NCBI GenBank assembly: GCA_032249095.1
Contig: JAVVGN010000016.1
Coordinates: 1-31,606, forward strand
Direction: 5' to 3'
DNA length: 31,606 bases
Origin: Candidatus Caldarchaeales archaeon
GTDB lineage: Archaea > Thermoproteota > Nitrososphaeria_A > Caldarchaeales > Calditenuaceae
Below the pieces are notes generated by a model. The model saw only the letters and a program-made list of their open reading frames with translations. It made no database searches and was not told the DNA's origin. Below are positions 14,215-22,439 of this stretch, in pieces (within the stretch, counting starts at the first letter, position 1; every line of letters begins with the position of its first letter). Both the position numbers and the translations under genes were made by a program.

Positions 14215-16120
14215 GCCTCCGCGACCTCCAAAACAATGCAGCCACCCCGGCCACCACCGCAGCCAGTAAGACAAATACCACGCTAGACGCCTGAAGTGGC
14301 TGGCTCTGCGCCCCCTCCTGCCCACTCTCCCTCACAGGTATAGTGAGTTCTAGATTGAACCTCTCCAGATGCTCTACCCTAAACACATCCTTGTACTTAA
14401 TCAGTAGTGTGCCTCTGAAGACGGGGCTGTTGGGGTTGACCCTTAGGTTGAAGGGTACCGGAGCGTTAGGCTTTATCTCGCCTAAGAAGAGAGAGTTCTC
14501 CCCCATCTCCGCGCCTTCAAGCTTTATCGAGGAGAAGAGGGCGTCCGATATTCCCTCGTTGAGGATGTTGCCAGTCAGGAAGTAGTCGCCACCTATCGTG
14601 ACTACCTTCAGGTCATATATTGTGAGGGTTACATATCCCTCAACTATGAATCCGATCTCCCGATCCTCTGACGCTCTTTCCTCCTTGTCTGCCAAGACAT
14701 AAGTCGAGGTTAAGTAGATCGTGGCAGAGGAGCCAGACACCGCGGGGTCCGCGTAGACCTCCATGACTAATTCAGCTTTCTGTCCAGGCTTCAGTGATTC
14801 GAACAGCCAGTTATTTGATCCCAGTATTGTGATGCCGGGTGTTCTGGGAGTTGCTGTGATCGATAGTCTCCTAATCTCGCCGCTATGGATGTTTTCGACG
14901 GAGACGGATACTTTCTGTGGTGACCCAGCCCTGATGCTAGGTTGGGAAAAGATCAGGAGATTGGGGGCCTTCGGCGGTATATCACCCACCAACACGGTGA
15001 GGATCGATGTCGATGACTTTCTGTTGCCAGCTGCATCTTTGTAGGATATTATCAGGGGTAATTGGTATACGCCGTTAGCCGCGGCTTGTGCCGCCGCCAC
15101 GTTGGTCGTTATGGACCGCCTCTCTCCGGGGAGCAGGTTGTCTATACTCCAGGAAGTGGCTCCAGACAAGCCCGCTGGTGCAGGACTTTGCCCAGCCTCG
15201 ACCACCACATCATATGCAGGCGCAGTCCCGATGTTCTCGATGTATAGGACAGCCTCGGCGGTACCGCCGGGCTCGACGCGGATCTCTTGAGCCCATACCC
15301 GCACATCAATAGACTCTATCTCGGGCCTCTCTATGTATAGACTCAAAGCCGCAGGGTATTCCACCCTTACGCCTATCGCGTTCCTATATGTGAGTGACGC
15401 GGATAGCACGGTAACGGATCCACCCGCCTCCCTTGGAGCGTGGATCTGAAGGACGGTATGAGCTTCCTCCCCCGGTCTAAGCGTCCCAACTATCCAAGGA
15501 TGCTCCGGGAGAATTATTGCTGTGACGCCGCCAGGCTGCGGCGTAAAAGAGACTCTCAAGTCAGATGCGGGGCCACTCCCCTCGTTGCTAACTCTGAGCT
15601 CGACGTTGTTGATTAATCCGGGCTTGACGCTGGTCGCATTGAGAGACAGCTTGATGAGCGGCCTCCCGGGGATATTGATCTTGACCGGTATAAACTGTGA
15701 TCCTCTGCTCTCTCCGACGATCCTATAACTGAGCTCTAGAGTCGCCTGATAGTCCAGTCCCACAGCCGCAGATGGCTCGACATCTAACACGAATGTCAGC
15801 TCGAACGCCCCTCCTGGTGGAACGATTCCAAGAAAGTGTGACTCGACTACTCTAGGGTTATCCCTGTTCTGCGACCTGAATTGTGGCGGCAGCCAAAGCT
15901 TCCCAACAACATTAGAGATGCTGTCCTCCTCATACTCATTTCCTAGCGCAATCGTGAGCCGCGCGCCGCTGTCTCCGGGCGCAACCTCATCCCTTACGCC
16001 GCCCTGTCCCCAGTAGCTGCCTAGGTATCTAACATCGTTTGCGGAGGCCACGATAACTCCGCCAGTTAGAAGGGATATTTGCGTCAATAGGATAAGGGTA
16101 GCGGCAACTATTCTACGCAT
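14192..16120 (-). CDS. large extracellular repeat-domain protein (COG1361/CARDB, S-layer-domain-like) with signal peptide and C-terminal TM anchor
   Basis: MRRIVAATLILLTQISLLTGGVIVASA is a signal peptide. Several beta-rich modules of about 100 aa follow, each with a 'LxPGExxxxxxxV' pattern. The C-terminus SSVVFVLLAAVVAGVAALFWRSRRH is a TM anchor with a basic tail. The gene is embedded between the ABC ATPase and the permease, overlapping both. Confidence 0.7.
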   Translation of the reverse strand: MRRIVAATLILLTQISLLTGGVIVASANDVRYLGSYWGQGGVRDEVAPGDSGARLTIALGNEYEEDSISNVVGKLWLPPQFRSQNRDNPRVVESHFLGIVPPGGAFELTFVLDVEPSAAVGLDYQATLELSYRIVGESRGSQFIPVKINIPGRPLIKLSLNATSVKPGLINNVELRVSNEGSGPASDLRVSFTPQPGGVTAIILPEHPWIVGTLRPGEEAHTVLQIHAPREAGGSVTVLSASLTYRNAIGVRVEYPAALSLYIERPEIESIDVRVWAQEIRVEPGGTAEAVLYIENIGTAPAYDVVVEAGQSPAPAGLSGATSWSIDNLLPGERRSITTNVAAAQAAANGVYQLPLIISYKDAAGNRKSSTSILTVLVGDIPPKAPNLLIFSQPSIRAGSPQKVSVSVENIHSGEIRRLSITATPRTPGITILGSNNWLFESLKPGQKAELVMEVYADPAVSGSSATIYLTSTYVLADKEERASEDREIGFIVEGYVTLTIYDLKVVTIGGDYFLTGNILNEGISDALFSSIKLEGAEMGENSLFLGEIKPNAPVPFNLRVNPNSPVFRGTLLIKYKDVFRVEHLERFNLELTIPVRESGQEGAQSQPLQASSVVFVLLAAVVAGVAALFWRSRRHASHRHS

Positions 16121-16814
16121 TCAGCATCACCTCCGACTCGATAACCCCATCCTTTATCCTCACCACCCTGTCACCGTATTTCGCCACTTCGGGGTTATGT
16201 GTAACGACGATAACTGTTGTGCCTAAGCGCTTGTTGATGTCTCTAATGACCTTGACTATTTGCTCTGAGGTTTTAGTATCGAGGTTTCCCGTCGGCTCAT
16301 CGGCTAGCAGGATCTTAGGCTTCCCGACGATTCCTCGCGCTATTGCGACCCTTTGCTGCTCTCCCCCACTGAGCTCCAGCGGCCTCTTATTGGCGAGGTA
16401 CTCAATCCCCACTAGTTTCAACGCCTCCGTAACCTCAGCCTTCCTCAGATCTGGCGGCACACCTCTGATCGCCAGGGGAAGCTCCACATTCTCGAAGGCC
16501 GTCAGCCTGTTGACAAGGTTGAAGGACTGGAAGACAAATCCGATCAGGCGGTTTCTCATGTCGCTGAGCTCTGCATCGGACAGCCGTGAGACATCTATGC
16601 CATCTATGATTACTTTACCGCTCGTCGGCCTGTCGAGTGTTCCGGCTATGTGGAGCAGAGTTGATTTTCCGCTGCCGCTTGGCCCCATGACGGAAAGCAT
16701 CTCACCCCTATGGACGCTTAGTGAGAGCCCCCTAAGCGCAGGATACTCCGTCTTACCAACCCGGTAAATCTTCCAAACGTCTTTGAGGACAATAATATTT
16801 TCGGGGTCGATCAT
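16113..16814 (-). CDS. ABC transporter ATP-binding protein (MacB/LolD-like, COG1136)
   Basis: Walker A 'GPSGSGKST', signature 'LSGGEQQRVAIARG', Walker B 'ILLADEPTGNLD', H-loop 'VTHN'. Confidence 0.9.
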   Translation of the reverse strand: MIDPENIIVLKDVWKIYRVGKTEYPALRGLSLSVHRGEMLSVMGPSGSGKSTLLHIAGTLDRPTSGKVIIDGIDVSRLSDAELSDMRNRLIGFVFQSFNLVNRLTAFENVELPLAIRGVPPDLRKAEVTEALKLVGIEYLANKRPLELSGGEQQRVAIARGIVGKPKILLADEPTGNLDTKTSEQIVKVIRDINKRLGTTVIVVTHNPEVAKYGDRVVRIKDGVIESEVMLNA

Positions 16815-16860
16815 AGCTGTGTCTAAGCGACTTTGTGTCCAGCCCGTATTTTAAGTTGTG

Positions 16861-18090
16861 TCAAAGTATGGTTTGCTGACTTAACAGCTGTGGAATGATA
16901 CTACTAGCCTTAATGTATTTCGCAATACCCATCTTAAGCCCCTTGCCGACGACCTCTAAAGCCTCTTTCAAGCTCTGGAATTTAACGAAGGGCTTCTGGA
17001 GGGCGACTCGCGTAATTTCCCTAAACCTCCACACTCCGAGCGGTATCCATCCCCTGTCAACCTCGAAAAACACAACGGCACCTGCGTTCTCCCTCCTTTC
17101 TCGCAGATACCTCAACACGGATAGCCTGACGGCGTAGTAGGCGCCGCCCGTGTTTTCTGCATAGACCCTCCTCGGCTCCAGATACTCGTGGTCGCTGTAT
17201 ACAAGTCCCGCCTTCACCCAGCCCTCAAGCAGCTCGAACATCCATGGTGTCGGTGCGAGTAGTACGTATGCATAGTTGTGGTGAGCCCCGAATGCGAAGA
17301 GCCTATAATCGTTGATTGACTTGTAATGCTTCACTTGTTTATGGAGCTGGCGGGCGAGGATGTCGTCCATGGCGGTGATGCTCCACTCTGTCGGGACAAG
17401 CTTTCTTCCTATCCTACGCCCAAGGACACCAGCGGATAGAAGCCTTGTTAGATAGTACTCGTTAAAGCCTGCCTCTGAAAGCCGCTCAACAGCCTGCCAG
17501 GTGGTTAGATAGGGGTCCGAGACCACGCGCTCCACCTGCCTAGGTATGTGTGGATTATCCACCACCCTAAGCTGGCCTGCTGGGAAGGCTGGCCCGTAGG
17601 GCGCCGTCCTGAGCCCGAATCCGGGTGCGTATCGAGGGGAGCCCGCGGCTTTCACCTCAAGGTCGATGGGTTTGAGGGAGAGGGAAGACTCTTGGAGAGC
17701 GGACAGGAATTGCCGTGCCCTACTTGCCTCTGCTACGCTTAGGCGTTTCCTACCCAAGACCACGCTAAGCCTCATAGCTAGGAGTTGGTCTAGCTCGACG
17801 CTAAGCCATTCAGGAGGAGACTCTAGAAGCCTCAAGTCAACATCGGGGGAGGTAACTAGGCCACCGCCTGTATACACCCTTGGATAGCCCCATTCGCCAA
17901 CCAATATGTGGGGAGGTGTGGGGCCGAAGATCGCGCCCGTGGCGCTGATGGATCTGATGGCCTGCTTTACAGTGTCACGATAGAAGGGGCACTTCAGGAT
18001 GCTACAGAACCTAGCAACTCCGCGGCAGACTGGGCATGAAAGCACCTCAACCTCTCGCTCAGCAGTCCCCCGCTCTCCCGCCCAGTCCAC
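16861..18090 (-). CDS. Nre-family (DUF650/DUF651, COG1602) archaeal DNA repair protein
   Basis: The N-terminal Cys cluster 'CPVCRGVARFCSILKCP', 'VGEWGYPRV', the size of about 410 aa and the C-terminal 'QQTIL' tail match my recollection of the Nre family. Recalled from memory, not verified. GTG start. Confidence 0.55.
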   Translation of the reverse strand: MDWAGERGTAEREVEVLSCPVCRGVARFCSILKCPFYRDTVKQAIRSISATGAIFGPTPPHILVGEWGYPRVYTGGGLVTSPDVDLRLLESPPEWLSVELDQLLAMRLSVVLGRKRLSVAEASRARQFLSALQESSLSLKPIDLEVKAAGSPRYAPGFGLRTAPYGPAFPAGQLRVVDNPHIPRQVERVVSDPYLTTWQAVERLSEAGFNEYYLTRLLSAGVLGRRIGRKLVPTEWSITAMDDILARQLHKQVKHYKSINDYRLFAFGAHHNYAYVLLAPTPWMFELLEGWVKAGLVYSDHEYLEPRRVYAENTGGAYYAVRLSVLRYLRERRENAGAVVFFEVDRGWIPLGVWRFREITRVALQKPFVKFQSLKEALEVVGKGLKMGIAKYIKASSIIPQLLSQQTIL

Positions 18091-18183
18091 CCCTCGAATA
18101 GATTACGAGGTGGGGTGTTAAAATGTTTATGCAGCCACAACCAAATCGTATAAAACAAGCGGAAAAGATACTATTAGGACGGG

Positions 18184-19407
18184 GTGCTAGCCTTGTACTC
18201 GAGCGAAGTTAGGCCGGCGCTGATAGTGAGCACGTCCGAGCTGATGCTAAAGGGCGGGAATAGGCAGAGATGGCTCCGACTCTTGGCTAAGAACATCTCT
18301 GAGACCTTAGGCGAGAGGGCTAGCAGGGTACAGCTGAGGCAGGCGAGGATTATAGTTTACCCAGATAGTGAGGCGGGTGAGGAGCTAGCTAGAGAGGTCA
18401 GCGTGATCCCCGGCGTGAGGTGGGTCGGCATAGGCTACGTCATGCATAGGGACCAGCAGCTTCTACTCAAAGTGTCTGAAGAGCTGGTAAAGTCCAAGGG
18501 CGCATCAAAGGTAGCAGTGAAGGTCCAGAGAAGCGACAAGTCTTTCCCCAAAACCTCCCTCGAGGTAATGAGGGAGGTCAGTGACCGGCTAAGAAGTTCG
18601 CTTCGAATAGGGATCGACCTCAAGAACCCTCAACTCACTATCTGGGTGAACATACTTCCAGAAGAGTTTCTGCTGGCTTGGAAGAGGATTGAGGGGGTTG
18701 GAGGTCTTCCGGTGGGGGCCTCGGGAAGGGTCTTGGCACTCCTCTCGGGGGGCATCGACTCGCCCGTCGCCGCTTGGTTAATGATGAAGCGGGGTTGCAT
18801 AGTTGATGCGTTACATGTATATGCGCAGCCAACGGCTGAGGGGGCCTTGACCGAGAAGATGCAAATCCTGTTTGAGAGGCTCAGACGCTTCAGCAAGAGG
18901 TCGAGGCTGTACCTCGCGCCATACCATCACTTCCTAGAACTCGTCATGAAGGGCGATACGAGGCTCGAACTCGCGCTCTTCAGGAGATTCCTCAACAGGC
19001 TGGCAGAGGCAGTTGCTAAAGAGATTGGAGCCCTAGCAATAGTGACTGGAGACTCGCTCGGCCAGGCGGCTTCGCAGACTCTGGAAAGTATCTATGCGGC
19101 ATCCTTTGGGCTCGAGCTACAGGTCTTGCGGCCCTTGATAGGGATGGACAAGGAGGAAGTCGTGAACCTCTCCAAGTCACTCGGCCTGTACGAGATCTCT
19201 ACGATGGAGTATAAGGACTGCTGCTCCATAATCATTAGGCACCCCATACCAAGACCTCGACTCGAGGCAGTGAATATGGAGTGGGAACGCCTTGCTCTAG
19301 ACCGGGCTGTCCGAGAGACTTTGAAGGAGATAGTCGTTTACGACGGCACCAACATTGCTCCTTGGAAAAATTTATCAAGGCCTCCGAGCCTCTCCAATCA
19401 GGAATGA
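18184..19407 (+). CDS. thiI: tRNA 4-thiouridine(8) synthase ThiI (THUMP + PP-loop, no rhodanese domain)
   Basis: PP-loop 'LLSGGIDSPVAAW'. An N-terminal ferredoxin-like/THUMP region is present. 'DSLGQAASQT' and a C-terminal 'YKDCCS' Cys pair are typical of archaeal ThiI. Confidence 0.85.
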   Translation: MLALYSSEVRPALIVSTSELMLKGGNRQRWLRLLAKNISETLGERASRVQLRQARIIVYPDSEAGEELAREVSVIPGVRWVGIGYVMHRDQQLLLKVSEELVKSKGASKVAVKVQRSDKSFPKTSLEVMREVSDRLRSSLRIGIDLKNPQLTIWVNILPEEFLLAWKRIEGVGGLPVGASGRVLALLSGGIDSPVAAWLMMKRGCIVDALHVYAQPTAEGALTEKMQILFERLRRFSKRSRLYLAPYHHFLELVMKGDTRLELALFRRFLNRLAEAVAKEIGALAIVTGDSLGQAASQTLESIYAASFGLELQVLRPLIGMDKEEVVNLSKSLGLYEISTMEYKDCCSIIIRHPIPRPRLEAVNMEWERLALDRAVRETLKEIVVYDGTNIAPWKNLSRPPSLSNQE

Positions 19408-19455
19408 TGAGGTTTGTCTCAGCTGAGCTGTGAAGAGACCAGCTCACCCTGACCC
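19401..19455 (+). ncRNA. candidate C/D-box sRNA (2'-O-methylation guide) overlapping the thiI stop codon
   Basis: C box AUGAUGA at 19404-19410, then a 12-nt guide, then D' CUGA at 19423-19426. After 3 nt comes C' GUGAAGA at 19430-19436, then a 12-nt guide, then D CUGA at 19449-19452. A T4 tract lies at 19466-19469. The terminal stem is weak (GG/CC only). Confidence 0.55.
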
Positions 19456-19467
19456 GGTGGACTAGTT

Positions 19468-21069
19468 TTGCCGCCCATTAGTACTCATCCGGTAAAGCAC
19501 TCATCCATAACCTACAGATACCACGAGCAGACTAAGCACAGCTACGCTAGCGTGAGGGTAGCAGCAAGACCGCTTGACTGGTCCAATAAGCCCTATCCTT
19601 TCAAGTACTACGTTTCGGGTGAGAAGATAATTCTCCCCAGAGTCCCCGCTACACCTAGTGCCGACACGCTGGAGTCGCTCACGTGTAGCAGGGGTGGTAA
19701 GGCTAGACGCGCCTTGTCCATGGAAGATGTGGCAACGCTCCTCTTCTTTACGGGAGGGGTAAGCAGGATTAAGAGGTACGGCCGCTATGTTATACCCTTC
19801 CGTGTAACTCCCGCAACGGGGGCGCTACACTCGACGGAAATCTACATGGCCGCGCGGGGGGTAGAGGGGCTGCCCGCGGGTCTTTACCACTTCGACTCGG
19901 GGGAGTTCCTCCTCACGATACTCCGCAAAGGCGTGTACCATGGATTGGTTGCGGAGGCTGTGGCGGACCAGGCCGTGTCAGGGGCGCAACTAATTCTTCT
20001 GCTGACCTCGGTGGGCTGGAGGAACGCGTGGAAGTATGGGGAGAGAAGTTATAGACACTGGTTCTGGGATGGGGGAGCAGTGGTCGCTAATGCCGCATCA
20101 GTCGCCTGCGCAATGGGCCTGCGATACCGAGTTTATTCAGGTTTTGTAGATGAAGCGCTCTGCAGGCTCCTAGCCATAGACGGCGTCTCAGAGGCGCCCA
20201 TTGCATTACTCACCCTCGGCGAACACGAGCCGGCAGAGTATACGGAGCAACACAAGGACATATCTGTCGAGGTTATGGCAAAGGCAGCGCCCCTCCTCGG
20301 GGAGCAAGCTGCCCTTAGACTTATTGAGGAGACGCACCGGGCAACTACGCTCGCCTCGCCCCAAGATGTCGAGAGATGGCGGGAGTCGGTGGCGTCAATA
20401 GAGCGGCGCAAGAGCTTCATTCGGGGAGAGCCCATCCCGAATCCGCCGCCCATGGCCCAGTCGCTCCCGCTCGGAGAGACGATCCTGATGCGGGGGTCCA
20501 CAAGGAGGTTTGCCCGCCGAGATGTCAGCGCAAACCAGCTCTACACCATCCTACTCCACGGGTTCGGGCCTCTCTACTGCGACTTCCTAGCCTCACCGGA
20601 TCACACACTCCTCTACCCATTTCTAATAATAAACAGCGTGGATGGCTTGCCGAGCGGAGCATACAGATATGACCCACAGGAGCGTCGCCTCTACCTACTT
20701 AGGAAGGGCGAGTTTAGAGAGGTCGCCTACTATCTCTGCCTAGAGCAAGAGCTCGCGAGGGACGCATCGGCTGTGATCTTCATCATGATGGATCTTGAGG
20801 AGGTTTTCAGGAGGTGTGGTGAGAGGGGATATAGGGCAGCGCAGCTCGAGGGCGGCATAAGGCTTGGGAGGATCTATCTCGCGGCCTACTCCCTCGGACT
20901 TGGAGCGACAGGCCTGACATTTTACGACGACGATTGTGTCGAGTTCTTCGCGCCAGCAAGCGAGGGCTTGGAGATGTCCACAACGGTAGCCCTAGGCCAC
21001 CCAGCCTATAAGGCGCGTCCGGGAGAAGTATATACACCTGCGTTAAAACATCCGGCGCTCACGTTGTAG
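19468..21069 (+). CDS. two-domain SagB-type dehydrogenase / nitroreductase-family protein
   Basis: The N-terminal 'YRYHEQTKHSY' is the hallmark of SagB-type/nitroreductase proteins. The second domain starts at 'MRGSTRRFARRDVS'. Both halves have nitroreductase-like length. TTG start. Confidence 0.7.
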   Translation: MPPISTHPVKHSSITYRYHEQTKHSYASVRVAARPLDWSNKPYPFKYYVSGEKIILPRVPATPSADTLESLTCSRGGKARRALSMEDVATLLFFTGGVSRIKRYGRYVIPFRVTPATGALHSTEIYMAARGVEGLPAGLYHFDSGEFLLTILRKGVYHGLVAEAVADQAVSGAQLILLLTSVGWRNAWKYGERSYRHWFWDGGAVVANAASVACAMGLRYRVYSGFVDEALCRLLAIDGVSEAPIALLTLGEHEPAEYTEQHKDISVEVMAKAAPLLGEQAALRLIEETHRATTLASPQDVERWRESVASIERRKSFIRGEPIPNPPPMAQSLPLGETILMRGSTRRFARRDVSANQLYTILLHGFGPLYCDFLASPDHTLLYPFLIINSVDGLPSGAYRYDPQERRLYLLRKGEFREVAYYLCLEQELARDASAVIFIMMDLEEVFRRCGERGYRAAQLEGGIRLGRIYLAAYSLGLGATGLTFYDDDCVEFFAPASEGLEMSTTVALGHPAYKARPGEVYTPALKHPALTL

Positions 21070-21123
21070 CCACTCCTCGTTAAGCTCATATCCTGAGCCA
21101 GACGGATCCTTAGTGGAAAGGGT

Positions 21124-22071
21124 TTGAATGTTGGGGATGTCTCGTGTACCGTCTGTGGTCTCGGTAGGGCCGTGTATATGCAGGAGTGGTCTGGAACGAG
21201 GTTTTGCGCCTCGTGCTTCGTCGAGAGCGTCGAGAAGCGTGTCCGGAAGACTATATCGAGGTATGGGCTTCTGAGGGAGGATGACAGGATAGCGGTAGCG
21301 GTCTCGGGTGGGAAGGACAGCCTTGCCCTTCTGAGAATACTTTGGAAGATTGAGAGGGACTTTTCTAATGCCGAGATCGTGGCGGTGTCTGTGGATGAGG
21401 GAATACCGGGCTACAGGGACGAGGCGCTTGAGCTGGCTTCAACATACAGCAGAAAGCTAGGCGTAAAGCACGTAGTATACAGCTTCAAAGACCTCTTCGG
21501 AGTGGGGCTGGTAGAGGCGGATAGAAACGGCCTGCTAGATAGGCTCAGAATCGGGCCCTGCACCCTATGTGGTGTGTGGAGGCGGAAAGCATTAAGCATC
21601 GCCGCAAAAAAGGTAGGCGCAACGGTTGTGGCTACGGCACATACGTTGGACGACATAGTGCAGACATACATTATGGATATGCTGAGGGGGAGCTTCCCGC
21701 AGAACTTAATCGGTGTCCGTAGAGGTGGTGACGGTGTGGTGCCTAGAGTTGCCCCGCTCCGCCTGATTCCTGAGAAGGAAGTGGTCCTCTACGCATACCT
21801 TACCGCAATACCATTCCAACAAACACCCTGCCCCAACGCTGAGAGAGCCCAGAGAGACCTCGTGAGAAACTTCTTGACAATATTCGATGACAGATACCCA
21901 GGTTCCCTATTCGCGGCGCTCCACGCCATCGAGTCGCAGATAAGGGACAATAAGGGGCAGGCGAATCCCTGCGAGGTCTGCGGCGAGCCTACATCTAGGA
22001 AGATCTGTAGGGCCTGTGAGCTCGAGATCGAGTCTAGGAGGCTTATGAAGTTGGAGCCAGCCCTATTCTGA
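21124..22071 (+). CDS. tRNA 2-thiolation PP-loop ATPase, TtuA/NcsA (Ctu1) family
   Basis: N-terminal CxxC...CxxC (CTVCG...CASC), PP-loop 'AVSGGKDSLAL', central 'CTLCG', and C-terminal CxxC...CxxC (CEVCG...CRAC). Confidence 0.8.
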   Translation: MNVGDVSCTVCGLGRAVYMQEWSGTRFCASCFVESVEKRVRKTISRYGLLREDDRIAVAVSGGKDSLALLRILWKIERDFSNAEIVAVSVDEGIPGYRDEALELASTYSRKLGVKHVVYSFKDLFGVGLVEADRNGLLDRLRIGPCTLCGVWRRKALSIAAKKVGATVVATAHTLDDIVQTYIMDMLRGSFPQNLIGVRRGGDGVVPRVAPLRLIPEKEVVLYAYLTAIPFQQTPCPNAERAQRDLVRNFLTIFDDRYPGSLFAALHAIESQIRDNKGQANPCEVCGEPTSRKICRACELEIESRRLMKLEPALF

Positions 22072-22197
22072 CTTCGAGCGGGTGTACACCACATAGACCA
22101 CGTATATTGACAGGCCGAGGAGAAAGAGGAGATAGGCGCCGGTGTAGAGAGAGTCGAAAAACTGTTCTATCGTCATGCCATGCCTCGGAGATGACAT
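22063..22197 (-). CDS. possible 44-aa single-TM micro-protein (below the ORF-track cut-off)
   Basis: Hand translation: MSSPRHGMTIEQFFDSLYTGAYLLFLLGLSIYVVYVVYTRSKSE*. It has a clear hydrophobic helix with a basic C-terminus. 'ggagaggg' sits just upstream of the ATG. Its end overlaps the convergent ttuA-like gene by 9 nt. Confidence 0.3.
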   Translation of the reverse strand: MSSPRHGMTIEQFFDSLYTGAYLLFLLGLSIYVVYVVYTRSKSE

Positions 22198-22212
22198 CCC
22201 TCTCCTAAATAC

Positions 22213-22234
22213 TTTAACTTGAATTTAACTTGAA
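22213..22234. repeat. perfect tandem 11-mer x2 (tttaacttgaa tttaacttgaa)
   Basis: Read directly from the sequence. It lies in the AT-rich spacer upstream of the micro-ORF, at the left flank of IS110-like copy B. Confidence 0.9.
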
Positions 22235-22439
22235 TCTTATATTTCTGGTTTCGGGTTTCCGTGTAGTGTTGTCTGTCCTTTTCCCCTGAATATTACCTCG
22301 TTTCCCCATAGGTATGGCTGTATTGGGATGTCTCCGTGTTCAAGTCCTGGTGTGTGCTTTGGTTTAAATTTCCCCTTCCTTACCACTCCTATCTCTTTCT
22401 ATGATGTGTCCAGCTCGTAGTGAGTCCAAGTTAGTGATG

